Assembly (NCBI GenBank): GCA_001771285.1
Contig: METI01000073.1
Coordinates: forward strand, 1-57,379
Origin: a candidate division NC10 bacterium RIFCSPLOWO2_12_FULL_66_18
GTDB lineage: Bacteria > Methylomirabilota > Methylomirabilia > Methylomirabilales > 2-02-FULL-66-22
DNA: 57,379 nucleotides
Direction: 5' to 3'
The notes under the pieces were generated by a model. It saw nothing but the letters and a program-made list of their open reading frames with translations, made no database searches and was not told the DNA's origin. Position numbers and translations under genes: made by a program. Position 1 is the stretch's first letter; each line of letters begins with the position of its first letter. Positions 16,077 to 26,625 of the stretch are shown here, piece after piece.

Positions 16077-17639
16077 GTGGACATATGGGTCACCATCGTG
16101 CTGGGGTTGGCGATGGGCCTGGTGGGGCTGGGCATCGGCTGGGTCCTTGAGCGCCAACGGCAGACGCGACTGAAACAGCAGGCGGAGGACGAGGCACGGC
16201 GCATCGTTCGAGAGGCAGAGCGCGAGATCGAGACCCGTCGAAAGGAAGCGGATCTGGAGATCAAGGGCAAGACCCTCCAGGCCCGGACCGAGTTCGAACA
16301 GGAGACGCGCGCGCGGCGGGAGGAACTGCAGGGGCTGGAGAAGCGCCTGAACCAGCGCGAGGAGATCCTGGACCGCAAGCTGGAGGTGCTGGATCGCCGC
16401 GAGCGCGAGGTGGCCGGGCGGGAGCAGGAGCTCCGGACGCGAGAGGCAACCGTCGTCCAGCAGGAGGGACACTGGCGCCACCTGGTAGAGGAAGCCAAAC
16501 GGACACTCGAGCAGGTCGCCGGCCTGACGTCGGAGGAGGCCAAGGCCCAGCTCATGCAGGCCCTGGAGGATGAAGCCAAGCTCCACGCCGTCGGCCGCAT
16601 CAAGCGCATCGAGGACGAAGCCAACGAGACGGCCGAGGAGCGGGCCAAGCAGATCATCGGGCGGGTGATCTGCCGAATCGCTTCCGAGTACGTGGCGGAG
16701 GCGGCGGTGTCGGTGGTGGACCTGCCCAGCGATGACATGAAGGGCCGCATCATCGGTCGCGAGGGCCGCAACATCCGCGCGCTGGAGAAGGCCACGGGGA
16801 TCGACATCATCGTGGACGACACCCCCGAGACGATCATCCTGTCCGGGTTCGACTCCGTCCGCCGGGAGATCGCCCGCGTGGCCATCCAGCGCCTGATCCA
16901 GGACGGCCGGATCCACCCGACCCGCATCGAGGAGATGGTGGAGAAGGTCACCAAGGAGGTCGAGAAGGACATCCGGGAGGCGGGGGAGCAGGCTTGCTTC
17001 GAGCTGGGGATCACCGGCCTCCATCCCGAGCTCGTCCGGATGGTGGGGCGGCTGAAGTACCGCTACAGCTACTCGCAGAACCAGCTCGCCCACACGAAGG
17101 AGGTGGCGACCCTGGCCGGCCTCCTGGCGGCCGAGCTGGGTCTGGACGTGAAGGTGCTGAAGCGGGCGGCCCTCCTCCACGATATCGGCAAGGCCGCCGA
17201 CCAGGGGACCGAAACCTCCCACGCGCTGCTGTCGGCGGAGCTGGCCAAGAAGTATAACGAGGATGCCCGGGTGGTGAACATCATCGCCGCCCACCACGAA
17301 GAGGTGGCCCCGCAATATCCAGAGGCCGTCATCCTCCAGGCCGCCGACGGCCTGTCGGCCGCACGGCCCGGCGCCCGGCGCGAGATCATGGAGACCTACG
17401 TCAAGCGCCTGGCCAAGCTGGAGGAGATCGCGACCTCCTTCAAGGGGGTAGAGAAGTGCTTCGCCATCCAGGCGGGCAGGGAGATCCGGGTCGTGGTCGA
17501 GAGCGAGCAGATCAATGACCAGGCCGCCTACGTCCTGGCCCGGGACATCGCCAAGCGGATCGAGGACGAGATGGAGTATCCGGGTCAGATCAAGGTGACG
17601 GTCATCCGCGAGACCCGGGCCGTCGAGTATGCGCGCTAA
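16077..17639 (+). CDS. rny: Ribonuclease Y
   Basis: N-terminal TM helix, long coiled coil, KH domain ([15 protein letters not shown]), HD domain (LLHDIGKA). GTG start after GAGGGAGGG. Confidence 0.95.
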   Translation: MDIWVTIVLGLAMGLVGLGIGWVLERQRQTRLKQQAEDEARRIVREAEREIETRRKEADLEIKGKTLQARTEFEQETRARREELQGLEKRLNQREEILDRKLEVLDRREREVAGREQELRTREATVVQQEGHWRHLVEEAKRTLEQVAGLTSEEAKAQLMQALEDEAKLHAVGRIKRIEDEANETAEERAKQIIGRVICRIASEYVAEAAVSVVDLPSDDMKGRIIGREGRNIRALEKATGIDIIVDDTPETIILSGFDSVRREIARVAIQRLIQDGRIHPTRIEEMVEKVTKEVEKDIREAGEQACFELGITGLHPELVRMVGRLKYRYSYSQNQLAHTKEVATLAGLLAAELGLDVKVLKRAALLHDIGKAADQGTETSHALLSAELAKKYNEDARVVNIIAAHHEEVAPQYPEAVILQAADGLSAARPGARREIMETYVKRLAKLEEIATSFKGVEKCFAIQAGREIRVVVESEQINDQAAYVLARDIAKRIEDEMEYPGQIKVTVIRETRAVEYAR

Positions 17640-17663
17640 CAACAGGGGCCAGGTGCCCAAGCT

Positions 17664-17698
17664 AAATTCGAAATTCGAAATTCGAAATTCGAAATTGG
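17664..17698. repeat. Tandem heptamer repeat (AAATTCG) x5
   Basis: aaattcg x4 followed by aaattgg, then a CCCCGA-type repeat tcccgacccccgatccccgacccc. Confidence 0.8.
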
Positions 17699-17731
17699 TC
17701 CCGACCCCCGATCCCCGACCCCTGTTCTGAG

Positions 17732-18508
17732 ATGCGGATCCTGTTCATCGGCGACATCATCGGACAGCCGGGACGTCGGATGGTGGCCCGCCACCTGAAG
17801 GCGCTGGTGGCGGACCAATCCGCCGAGCTGGTGCTGGCCAACGCCGAGAATGCCGCGGGGGGCTTCGGCATCACCCCCTCCGTCGGGGAAGAACTGTTCA
17901 GCCTGGGGATTGATCTCCTGACCTCCGGCAATCACGTCTGGGACAAGAAAGAGGCCGAGGGGTACCTGGCCAAGGAGGCGCGGGTGCTGCGGCCGGCCAA
18001 CTACCCGGAGGAGGCACCCGGCACCGGCGTCCACATCCTTGCGAAGAACGGCCGGATGGTGGGCGTGGTGAACATCCAAGGCAGGGCATTTCTCCCGGCG
18101 ATTGACTGCCCCTTCAAGGCCGCGGATCGGGAGGTGGCGCAGCTCCGCCAGGTCACCGACATGATCCTGGTGGACTTCCACGCCGAGGCGACAGCGGAGA
18201 AGCAGGCGTTCGGGTGGTACCTGGACGGGCGCGTGTCGGCGGTGATCGGGACCCACACCCACGTCCAGACCGCGGACGAGCGCATCCTGCCGGGCCGGAC
18301 CGCCTACATCACGGACGTGGGCATGACCGGCCCGCGGGATTCGGTCATCGGGATCAGGCCAGAGGATGCCATCCAGCGGTTCATCACCCAGATGCCCCGG
18401 AAGTTCACCATCAGCGACGGTCCGGCACACCTTTGCGCGGTGGTGGTGGACCTCGCGGACGACGGCCGGGCGCGGAGCATTATGCGCCTCCAGGTATGCG
18501 ACGACTAG
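17732..18508 (+). CDS. ymdB: YmdB-type metallophosphoesterase (TIGR00282 family)
   Basis: [15 protein letters not shown]...[15 protein letters not shown]...[12 protein letters not shown]. Conserved rny-ymdB pairing. Confidence 0.9.
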   Translation: MRILFIGDIIGQPGRRMVARHLKALVADQSAELVLANAENAAGGFGITPSVGEELFSLGIDLLTSGNHVWDKKEAEGYLAKEARVLRPANYPEEAPGTGVHILAKNGRMVGVVNIQGRAFLPAIDCPFKAADREVAQLRQVTDMILVDFHAEATAEKQAFGWYLDGRVSAVIGTHTHVQTADERILPGRTAYITDVGMTGPRDSVIGIRPEDAIQRFITQMPRKFTISDGPAHLCAVVVDLADDGRARSIMRLQVCDD

Positions 18509-18567
18509 CCCGCAGCCCTCGTGACGTGATGTGTTCCGGATCCCTCTCGCCCATCGGGGAGCTTGCC

Positions 18568-19419
18568 GTGAGCGCGCGGATCATTGACGGGAAGAAGATC
18601 GCCGCCGGAATCCGCGAGGAGATCCGGCAACGGGTGCTCCAGCTCCAGGAGGCCACGGGCAAGGTCCCCGGCCTTGCCGCCGTCCTGATCGGCGATGATC
18701 CCGCTTCCGCCACTTATGTCCGGACCAAGACCAAGGCCTGTCACGAGGTAGGGATCGCCTCCCGCCAGTTTACACCGCCGGGGGATATCGAGCAGGCTGA
18801 CCTGCAGCGTCTCATTCGCGATCTGAACGGCGACCCCGAGATTCACGGGATCCTGGTGCAACTGCCGCTGGCCAAGCACCTCGACGAGCGAGCCGTCCTG
18901 GAGACCGTGGATCCCCGGAAGGACGTGGACGGGTTCACCTTCGCCAATATCGGCCGCCTGGTCGAGAACCAGCCCCAGTTCGTTCCCTGCACGCCTGCAG
19001 GAATTATCGAACTGCTGGACCGCGAGGGCATCGAGATCAAAGGGAAGCACGCGGTGGTGGTGGGGCGGAGCGAGATCGTGGGGAAGCCGGTCGCGTTTCT
19101 GCTGCTCCATCGCCATGCGACGGTGACGATCTGCCACTCGCGCACGGCCGATCTCGGTTCCGAGACGCGTCGGGCCGATATTCTCGTGGCCGCGGTGGGC
19201 CGGCCCCGCTTGATCACGGGGGCCATGCTGAAGCCAGGCGCGGTGGTGATCGACGTCGGCATCAACCGGGTGGATGGGAAGTTGGTGGGCGATGTGGACT
19301 TCGAGTCCGCGGTCCGGGTGGCCTCCGCCATCACCCCGGTCCCTGGCGGCGTCGGCCCCATGACCGTCGCGATACTCCTCCGGAACACTCTCCAGGCCTT
19401 CGAGCGATCGCTTGCGTAA
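18568..19419 (+). CDS. folD: Bifunctional methylenetetrahydrofolate dehydrogenase/cyclohydrolase
   Basis: [17 protein letters not shown]...[21 protein letters not shown]...GILVQLPLP-like...[14 protein letters not shown] 18568 chosen as start, ATG 18529 is possible. The ORF-track start at 18214 overlaps ymdB. Confidence 0.9.
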   Translation: MSARIIDGKKIAAGIREEIRQRVLQLQEATGKVPGLAAVLIGDDPASATYVRTKTKACHEVGIASRQFTPPGDIEQADLQRLIRDLNGDPEIHGILVQLPLAKHLDERAVLETVDPRKDVDGFTFANIGRLVENQPQFVPCTPAGIIELLDREGIEIKGKHAVVVGRSEIVGKPVAFLLLHRHATVTICHSRTADLGSETRRADILVAAVGRPRLITGAMLKPGAVVIDVGINRVDGKLVGDVDFESAVRVASAITPVPGGVGPMTVAILLRNTLQAFERSLA

Positions 19420-19927
19420 GGTCACCGACATCGGAGAGGATGGGGTTGGCGCCGCCCCAGGCACCTCAAGAATTTCTTTCACCCCCCGTCTGAAAGGCCC
19501 CGCTGAAGAGGTCGCCTTGGATGGCGGTGAAAAAGACGCTGGTGTCGAAGATCAGCTGCCTCGCGGTCTCCATCCAGCGCGTCCATGCGCCGGGGATTCT
19601 CCACCACGGCATGGCGCGCGGGATCTGCAACGGTCCAGCGGTCGCGCTGGCACGGATCGAGTCGGCAGCCCGCACCTGTCCGCTTGAACCAACTCGGGGA
19701 TCGGGTTGCTTCGCCGACCCAGAGATCCCTTTCACCTACCAGGTTCCGCTTGACCGGTCCCGTGGCGGATGGTACCGTCTCCGCGGACTTCGGTATTTGT
19801 CGGGTCTCTTTCCCTGACTCGGCTGTCCCACTGGTCGCCCGTCCCCTGCGGAAGCGGTCCCCGGCCGCGCCCGGTTTCCAGTTCCCTGTCGGTTCGGCGC
19901 CCCATCGGTTCTCTCGATTGAAATAGC

Positions 19928-20269
19928 ATGGAAATAGTCACGGAAGAAATCACACTGGCCAGCCTGCGCGAGATGGCCGCGAAGAAGTTCGGCGACATGG
20001 TGAAAGCCGTCGTCGACGTCGAGAGGGGGATCATGGCCATCGACGGCGAGCTTCACGCGGATGAGGAAGGCCTTCTCTTGGAGAATGGGTCGAAGCAGGC
20101 GAGCCTCTGGGGGATTAACATCTACCCGGATGTGGCTGGCGATGATTGGCTGGAATTCGATTCTCTGATCAACCTTCGCCCCTCGCAAGGGAACCGGAGC
20201 CGGGGAGTCGAGGATCCGCAACTCACAGAGAAGATCAAGGGCATCGTGTCGAGGCTGGTAAGACGATGA
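19928..20269 (+). CDS. DUF5674-like protein
   Basis: 113 aa. FGDMVKAVVDVERGIMAIDGELHADEEGLLLENGSKQASLWGINIYP...INLRPSQGNRSRGVEDP matches my recollection of the DUF5674 family. Confidence 0.6.
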   Translation: MEIVTEEITLASLREMAAKKFGDMVKAVVDVERGIMAIDGELHADEEGLLLENGSKQASLWGINIYPDVAGDDWLEFDSLINLRPSQGNRSRGVEDPQLTEKIKGIVSRLVRR

Positions 20270-20604
20270 AGCCGCAGCATCAAGAGCTGGCAGCGGGGCG
20301 GTGGTTCGAGCTTTCACTTGTCGGTCAGCTGGGCAACATCGGGAGCGAAGTCGAACGCGCCATTCGGTGGAGAGCGAAGGGGAACGCGGACTACGCCCGA
20401 AGGGCTTTCGAGCGCGCATTGGAGCTTCTGGACCTGAGCATCGCCGATAGGAAGAACAGGACACGCCTCAAGGAACTCACGCGCCTTCGAGAGGGGCTGG
20501 TCGATTATTTCTGCTTCGACAACCTCTACGGCTCTTCCGATGAAGCATGGAGGAAGTATTTTCATTCCTTCGCCTACGCCGCTGCAATTCACCGAGGGGT
20601 GTGA
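20266..20604 (+). CDS. Conserved hypothetical helical protein, translationally coupled to the DUF5674-like gene
   Basis: ATGA start/stop overlap at 20266-20269. 112 aa, LGNIGSEVERAIRWRAKGN...ERALELLDLSIAD...RLKELTRLRE. Confidence 0.55.
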   Translation: MKPQHQELAAGRWFELSLVGQLGNIGSEVERAIRWRAKGNADYARRAFERALELLDLSIADRKNRTRLKELTRLREGLVDYFCFDNLYGSSDEAWRKYFHSFAYAAAIHRGV

Positions 20605-20848
20605 CGGCCGCTGACCTGCGCCTTCCACGGCATCCTCTCTCCAGTAGCGGCATCCGCCTGACGCCACCAGCGTGCCGGGACCCACAGCCTCGTAACGCGC
20701 TGTTCCCTGGATGCGCCTCTTCTCCAGCCCCCCCATTGACACGGCGAAGAACGTTGCCGAGTATGTCAATCCAACCTGGCCTGCGGAGAACAGTCCTCTC
20801 GTCGGCCAGCAGCAGGAGGGTGGATACGAAGGGGGAGGAGTGACACGG

Positions 20849-21060
20849 TCAGGAAAGGATGTGGAGGTCGAAACGGAAGAACCGGCGGGGCAGCTCGAAG
20901 TCCCGTGGGCTCTGTGTCACGACCATGGCCCCACCTGCCTGGCGCACAACGCGATCAGCAGGTCGTTCCAGAGGGTCGGGATCTTGGACCGGAGGTGAGG
21001 TTCGCGCCGCCGGATCTCGCCGAGAAGTTCTCCGGTCCGCTCCCACGCACCGACGTCGAG
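20849..21060 (-). pseudogene. PIN-domain (VapC-like) toxin remnant, N-terminally truncated and frameshifted
   Basis: Two adjacent minus-strand frames give ...WNDLLIALCARQVG and then MVVTQSPRDFELPRRFFRFDLHILS*. Together they match the PIN C-terminal pattern D.LIAA.A...GA.LVT.N.RDF. The N-terminal about 60 aa are missing. Confidence 0.45.
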
Positions 21061-21063
21061 GGG

Positions 21064-22161
21064 TCAGGCCGAGGTCTCGGCGTACTCCTCCAGGAGCGTC
21101 CCGATCAATTCCTTGACGGACACGATCTCGGTGGCCCGGTAGGCGTTCGCACCGGCGAAGGCGAATCCACGCTTGAGGTTGCCCCGCTGGGCATTGATGA
21201 GGGCCAGGGCGATGCAGTATGGAGTCTTGGTGTAGTCGCAGGTGATGATGCAGTGGTACGGGCACTGGACCGGCGCCTTCTTGGCGTTGTTCACGTCGTC
21301 GATGAACTGGTTCCGGATGGCCCGGCCCGGCATGCCCACCGGGCTCTTGATGATCACGATGTCCTCGTGCCTCGCCCGGATATAGGTCTCCTTGAAGGCG
21401 AGGGAGGCATCGCACTCGTGCGTCGTCACGAAGCGCGTCGCCATCTGGACCCCGGCCGCGCCGAGCTGCAGGAACTTGTGAATGTCCGCACCGGTGTAGA
21501 TACCCCCGGCGGCGATCACGGGGATCGCCCTCTGGTGCTTCTCCTCGAAGGGACGCACCTCGGCCAGGACCTCCGCGACCAGTCGTTCCAAGGCGTAGGC
21601 AGGGTCGCCGATCTGCTCCGGCTTGAATCCGAGGTGCCCGCCGGCCAGTGACCCCTCGACCACGAAGGCGTCGGGGATATAAGCGTACCGCTCCGTCCAT
21701 CGCTTGGCGATGATCCGAGCCGCCCGTCCAGAAGACACGATAGGCACCAGCTTCGTTCGGGCCGTCCCGGTGAAGAAGTAGTGCGGGAGGTCGAGCGGGA
21801 GTCCCGCCCCGGAGAAGATGATGTCGATTCCCTCCTCGAGGGCCGTCTTCACCAGGTCCCCATAATTTGACAGCACCCCCATGATGTTGACGCCGAGGAT
21901 GCCCTGGCTCAGCTCCTTCGCCCTGCGGATCTCCCGCCTCAGGGCCCGGATGTTGGCTTCGAGGTAGTTCACATAGAAGTCCGCCTCGAACATCCCGATC
22001 CCCGCACAGGCGATGACGCCGATCCCGCCCTCGTTCGCAACCGCCGATGCCAGCCCGGACAGCGACACCCCAACCCCCATTCCGCCCTGGATGATGGGAA
22101 GGGGCGCGGTGAGATCCCCGATGTGCAACGCCTGCGGACGGCGATCGCTCATTGACGACAT
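21064..22161 (-). CDS. NAD(P)H-dependent flavin oxidoreductase, nitronate monooxygenase/FabK-like (NPD family)
   Basis: 365 aa. PIIQGGMGVGVS...GGIGVI...GGHLG...IPVIAAGGIYTG...GAAGVQMATRF. Confidence 0.85.
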   Translation of the reverse strand: MSSMSDRRPQALHIGDLTAPLPIIQGGMGVGVSLSGLASAVANEGGIGVIACAGIGMFEADFYVNYLEANIRALRREIRRAKELSQGILGVNIMGVLSNYGDLVKTALEEGIDIIFSGAGLPLDLPHYFFTGTARTKLVPIVSSGRAARIIAKRWTERYAYIPDAFVVEGSLAGGHLGFKPEQIGDPAYALERLVAEVLAEVRPFEEKHQRAIPVIAAGGIYTGADIHKFLQLGAAGVQMATRFVTTHECDASLAFKETYIRARHEDIVIIKSPVGMPGRAIRNQFIDDVNNAKKAPVQCPYHCIITCDYTKTPYCIALALINAQRGNLKRGFAFAGANAYRATEIVSVKELIGTLLEEYAETSA

Positions 22162-23094
22162 CCTTTCTCAGGCATGCCCAACCACCCACTCTTTCCCACC
22201 GGAATCGACTCGACCCGCCGAGGAGTACCGCCCGTGCGCCGCGGCCAAGTCTCCGGTATGGCTCTCACCAGGCAGCCGGGGTGCGAGGAAGGGTCCGGGC
22301 TGCACGCGGCCTTCGGCGCAGGCAATGACGGACGCCGCAGCATGATGTGTATCCCGGGTAGGACAATGGCGAGATAGATTAGCCTACTGGCGGGTGTCTT
22401 GGCAATCACCGATTTTCCCGTGGCTGCAGGGAGATACCTAACGCGGCTAATTCGCGAAGCTGTTCGCGAATCCTCACGGGTAATGACCAATTACCAAGGG
22501 CCAATGACCAACAGGGGAGCCGGGCCTCCTTCGTCTTCTTGTGGTAGGCTTCCCCCTGCCATGCCGCGCCGCGCCGACATCCTGAGGGATAGGGGGGATG
22601 GAGGGGGACTATTCTGGAAATCCCTGTCCGGTCTCCCTGTCGGCGGGCGGCCACCCCCAGGCCATAGCCCATCGCTCCGTGTCCATAGTCGAACCTCGAG
22701 CGTCGGACCCTGCGCCGCGCATGGTGCGGGCAGCGCTTGACATCGCCAAGCGGCTCGCGCTGGGGTTGGGCCACTTCGGCGGCTCCCGGTGACGCTGGGG
22801 GGAGGGTGATCGGGTGACCTCGGCCGGGGACGAAGGGCAGACGAAGGCTGGCGCGATCGGGGCCACACGCACGGACACACACGGCCCTCTGGGGGTGCCG
22901 ACCCCCGGGGGCCGATTTGCTTTCGGGAGACGGCACCACGCGCGTATGGGGACGTTCAGCTCCACCGGGTGGCGGCCGGTCCGCCGAAGTACTCGTGCAG
23001 ACGTCCGCGTCCCCGCGTGACCAAGAGCCGAGAGCTAACGTAGATAAAACGGCTGGGTCCCCATTTTCGTATTCAGAAAGAGAAGGAGCGGGCC

Positions 23095-23868
23095 GTGGTG
23101 AGATTGTCTGTCCTGGTCGAGGGGGCGCATGGGCTGACGTGGGACCGTTGGAAGGAATTCGTCTCGAACGTCGAGAAGATGGGCTACGCGGGGCTGTACG
23201 GCTCCGACCACTTCACCCTCGTGGCCGGGCCGCCGGACCCGGACTCGCTGGAACTGATCGTTTCGCTCGCCTACGCGGCCGACCACACGGAGCGGCTGAA
23301 ACTCGGGCAGCTCGTCTCGCCCGCCTCGCTCCGCGATCCGGTGATGCTGACGCGCCAGATGCTCGCCCTGGATGACTTGAGCGGCGGGCGGATGGTCTTT
23401 GGCGTCGGCGCGGGCTGGAACGTCCGCGAGCACGAGATGTTCGGCTACGACCTTGGCGACCTCCGCATGCGAATGGACCGGTTCGCGGAGGCGGTGGAAG
23501 TGATCACCCACCTCAAGTGGAGCGACAGGCCCGTCTCCTACTCCGGCCGCTACTACACCCTGAAGGACGCGACGCTCCTGCCACGCCCGCGGCGCCCCCG
23601 GGGCCCGCCCTTACTCATCGGCGGCGGCGGCCCGAAGCGGACGCTACCGCTCGCGGCGCGCTATGCGGACATCTGGAATGTCGCGACGGTCGCGCCCGAT
23701 GCCCTGCAGGAGAAGCTGAGGCTCCTCGACTCGTTGATCGTCACGGCCGGGCGGCAGCCGGGTGATGTCGCGCGCACGCTGATGATCCCGGTCCAGTGGT
23801 TCGCGCGGGACGACCTCGACGGCCTCCGGATGATCGCGGACGAGATAATGCCGAAGGTGGCGGCCTGA
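23095..23868 (+). CDS. Luciferase-like (LLM class) flavin/F420-dependent oxidoreductase
   Basis: 257 aa. YAGLYGSDHF...LKLGQLVSPASLRDPVMLTRQMLALDDLSGGRMVFGVGAGW...PLLIGGGGPKRTLPLAARYAD. Confidence 0.8.
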   Translation: MVRLSVLVEGAHGLTWDRWKEFVSNVEKMGYAGLYGSDHFTLVAGPPDPDSLELIVSLAYAADHTERLKLGQLVSPASLRDPVMLTRQMLALDDLSGGRMVFGVGAGWNVREHEMFGYDLGDLRMRMDRFAEAVEVITHLKWSDRPVSYSGRYYTLKDATLLPRPRRPRGPPLLIGGGGPKRTLPLAARYADIWNVATVAPDALQEKLRLLDSLIVTAGRQPGDVARTLMIPVQWFARDDLDGLRMIADEIMPKVAA

Positions 23869-23967
23869 CGGGTAGTTCAGCCTGGTGGTTCCGCCCTTCC
23901 TATACGTGGAGCAGTTGGGGCTTTCGTAAGCGTTGCTCGAAAAGTTCGATCTCGCTAGGTCCCGCCT

Positions 23968-24096
23968 GTGCTACGCGGTCCTCGGCTTGATGCTCCCGGA
24001 GTCCTCCACCACGCGTTGGTGCGCGGGATCGTGCGGCGGCCCAGCTTTCGCGAGGGATCGGGCCGACTCCATGGCTGGGCTGCGGCCGGGCGTGGG
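23968..24096 (+). pseudogene. N-terminal remnant of an IS200/RAYT-like Y1 transposase
   Basis: PRLDAPGVLHHALVRGIVRRPSF fits the PR(I/L)xxPGxx(Y/H)H(V)xxRGxxRxxIF N-terminus of Y1 (HUH) transposases. The frame then degenerates and runs into the PBP1A tail. Confidence 0.35.
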
Positions 24097-26625
24097 CTAT
24101 CTCTGGCCGGCCTGCGGCGGGAGGGGTGCGACTGGATTGGTCGGCTTGGAGGGGGGCGCGGGTGACCTGCCGGACGGCGGTGGGGCCTCGGCGGCCCGTG
24201 GGGGGCGCGGCGGGGGGCCGGCAGGAGTCGCGGACGGCTGCGGCGCGCCGCCGCCGGGAGACGTCTCGACGGCGCTGGGCGCCGTGCGAGACGGAGCGCC
24301 GGTCACCGGCGGACCGGTCGCCGCGGCCCGGGGTGGCGTTCCCGAGGTCGCCTGCGAGACGACGGGCTCGGTCCCCTTGATGAAGTATTCCAAGATCCCG
24401 CCCTTCTCGTCCTGGGGGACGGGGCGCCCGGTCATGTGGTTCACGGGGATGGCCACCACGTTCTCCGGAGGCGTAAAGTCCTCCGGCGGGAAATCGGGCA
24501 GGATCTTTTGCATGAAGGTGATCCAGAGCGGCAGGGCCAGGCGGCCTCCCGTCTCGGCCGGACCCAGCGATTTCTTCACGTCGTAGCCAACCCACACCCC
24601 GGCGACGAGATTGGGCGTGAACCCGATGAACCACACATCCGTCGCCTCGGACGTGGTCCCGGTCTTTCCCGCCAGGGGTCGCTTCAGCACCCGGGCGCGT
24701 GCAGCGGTCCCCCGCTCGACCACCCCTTTCATGACGTTGACCAGGACGTAGGCGGTTTCGGGCCGGATGACCTCCTGGGGCTCCGCCACGTGTTCCTCCA
24801 GGATGCGGCCCTGGCTGTCGGTGACCTTGCGGATGGCGAATGGCTCCGCCCGAACGCCCCCGTTGGCTAGGACCCCGTAGGCCGAGACCAGTTCCAGCGG
24901 GGTGACCTCGGAGACGCCCAGGGCCAGGGCGATCTCGCGCCGGAGCTCGCTCTCGATTCCCATCTGGTGGGCCATCCGGATGACCGGGTCCACGCCGACC
25001 TGCTCGATCAATTTCACGGTCACGACGTTGACCGAGTTCTCCAGTCCTCGGCGTAGCGTCGTGGGCCCATGGAATTTCCGGTCGTAGTTCTCCGGCGACC
25101 ATGCGACCACCTTCCCCCCGACCCGGAAGTGGAAGCTGATGGGGGAATCCTCGATGATCGTCGAGGGTGTGAGGCCCCGATCAAAGGCGGTGGCGTAGAC
25201 GAAGGGTTTGAAGGCGGAGCCGGGCTGGCGTCGCGCCTGTACGGCGCGATTGAACTTGCTGCGCTCGAAATCGTACCCGCCGATCATGGCCTTGATGGCC
25301 CCATCCCGCGGGTCGAGGGCCGCCAGTGCCCCTTCCAGCTCCGGATCCTGCTCCAGCGCTAGGTCCGCGACTTTCCGGCGCTCGTCCACCGACAGCACCT
25401 GGACCAGGACGGAATCCCCCTCCCGGAACGCCTCGGCGAAGTTGGCGATCTTGGTCCACTTCATGCTCTCAAGGGGGACCTCCCCTCGGTAGCGGCCGAG
25501 CAGCACCTCCAGGGACTTCGCCTTCACTTTCAGGACGGTGCCTGGCAGGATCTCGCCCGGGCGCGGCGTGTAGGGTCCGATGCGGACCCGCGGGACCTCC
25601 GTGGCCCGCTCTGGCCGCGGCCGATAGCCTCGGGCCTTGTCGAGGTCGCGGAGGCCGCCCACCAGGGCCTCCTCGGCCGCCCGCTGCATCTTTAAGTTGA
25701 GGGTGGTGTAGACCTTCAGCCCGCTGTTGTAGAGCGCGTACGCCCCGTAGGTCTCTTCCAGCGATTGCCTCACGTGCTCGACGAAGTAGGGGGCGATGGT
25801 GCGGCTGCGGGTGAACAGCGTCTCGTCGAAGGGGGTCCGGCTGGCCGCCTCGGCCTGCACCCGCGCGATGATCTTCTGCTCGACCATGCGGTTCAGCACG
25901 TGGTCGCGCCGCCGCCGGGCGCGGGCCGGGTCCACGATGGGGGAAAACCGGTTGGGGGCGCTGGGGAGGCCGGCCAACATGGCCGCCTCGGCCAGGGTGA
26001 GCTCGCCCACCGATTTCTTGAAGTACGTCTGCGCCGCCGCCTCCACGCCATAGGCCCCATGACCGAAGTAGACCTGGTTGAAATAGAGTTCCAGGATCTT
26101 GTCCTTGGGGTACTTTTTTTCGATCTCGACGGCCAGGAGGGCCTCCTTCAGTTTCCGGGCGAAGCTCTTCTCGGGGGTGAGGAAGAGGGCGCGGGCAAGT
26201 TGCTGGGTGATGGTGCTGCCCCCCTGGGACTTCCGTCGGGTGAGGAGGTTCATGATCATGGCGCGAGCGATGGCCCGTGGGGACAGGCCGCGATGCTCGT
26301 AGAACCGGGAGTCCTCGACCGCCAAGACAGCCTGCTTGAGATGGGCGGGAATCTTGGAGAGGGGCAGCAGGATGCGCCGCTGTTCGTAGAACGAGGCGAA
26401 GGGCTCGTCCTGGTCCGTGTAGAGGGTGGTCGCGATGCTCGGCTGGTATTCCTCGAGGCCATCCAGGCTGGGCAGGTCGCGCAGGAACCCGGCAAAGACG
26501 CCGGCGGCTGCGCCCAGGCTGATGACCAGAAAGATCAGCAGGGCCCACAGGCCAGCGAAAACCAGGCTGCGACGGAATGCCTGCCGGCTGGCGTATGATC
26601 GCCCGGCGCGTCTCCTGAACGGCAT
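24097..26625 (-). CDS. mrcA: Penicillin-binding protein 1A (bifunctional glycosyltransferase/transpeptidase)
   Basis: TM anchor, GT51 motifs (AVEDSRFYEH, GGSTITQQLAR), transpeptidase SxxK/SxN/KTG (KTGTT), and a roughly 100-aa Pro-rich C-terminal tail. ATG 26625 chosen as start. Confidence 0.9.
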   Translation of the reverse strand: MPFRRRAGRSYASRQAFRRSLVFAGLWALLIFLVISLGAAAGVFAGFLRDLPSLDGLEEYQPSIATTLYTDQDEPFASFYEQRRILLPLSKIPAHLKQAVLAVEDSRFYEHRGLSPRAIARAMIMNLLTRRKSQGGSTITQQLARALFLTPEKSFARKLKEALLAVEIEKKYPKDKILELYFNQVYFGHGAYGVEAAAQTYFKKSVGELTLAEAAMLAGLPSAPNRFSPIVDPARARRRRDHVLNRMVEQKIIARVQAEAASRTPFDETLFTRSRTIAPYFVEHVRQSLEETYGAYALYNSGLKVYTTLNLKMQRAAEEALVGGLRDLDKARGYRPRPERATEVPRVRIGPYTPRPGEILPGTVLKVKAKSLEVLLGRYRGEVPLESMKWTKIANFAEAFREGDSVLVQVLSVDERRKVADLALEQDPELEGALAALDPRDGAIKAMIGGYDFERSKFNRAVQARRQPGSAFKPFVYATAFDRGLTPSTIIEDSPISFHFRVGGKVVAWSPENYDRKFHGPTTLRRGLENSVNVVTVKLIEQVGVDPVIRMAHQMGIESELRREIALALGVSEVTPLELVSAYGVLANGGVRAEPFAIRKVTDSQGRILEEHVAEPQEVIRPETAYVLVNVMKGVVERGTAARARVLKRPLAGKTGTTSEATDVWFIGFTPNLVAGVWVGYDVKKSLGPAETGGRLALPLWITFMQKILPDFPPEDFTPPENVVAIPVNHMTGRPVPQDEKGGILEYFIKGTEPVVSQATSGTPPRAAATGPPVTGAPSRTAPSAVETSPGGGAPQPSATPAGPPPRPPRAAEAPPPSGRSPAPPSKPTNPVAPLPPQAGQR

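Noticed and set aside
19466-19573. Possible truncated PIN N-terminus METARQLIFDTSVFFTAIQGD on the minus strand
   Set aside because: It is only about 20 informative residues followed by an early stop. It is mentioned in a finding but is too weak for a feature call.
22560-22700. Minus-strand FDYGHGAMGYGLGVAA resembling the TPP-binding motif of acetolactate-synthase-like enzymes
   Set aside because: Only about 12 residues match and the expected GDG...NN continuation is absent. The evidence is too weak to annotate as a pseudogene.
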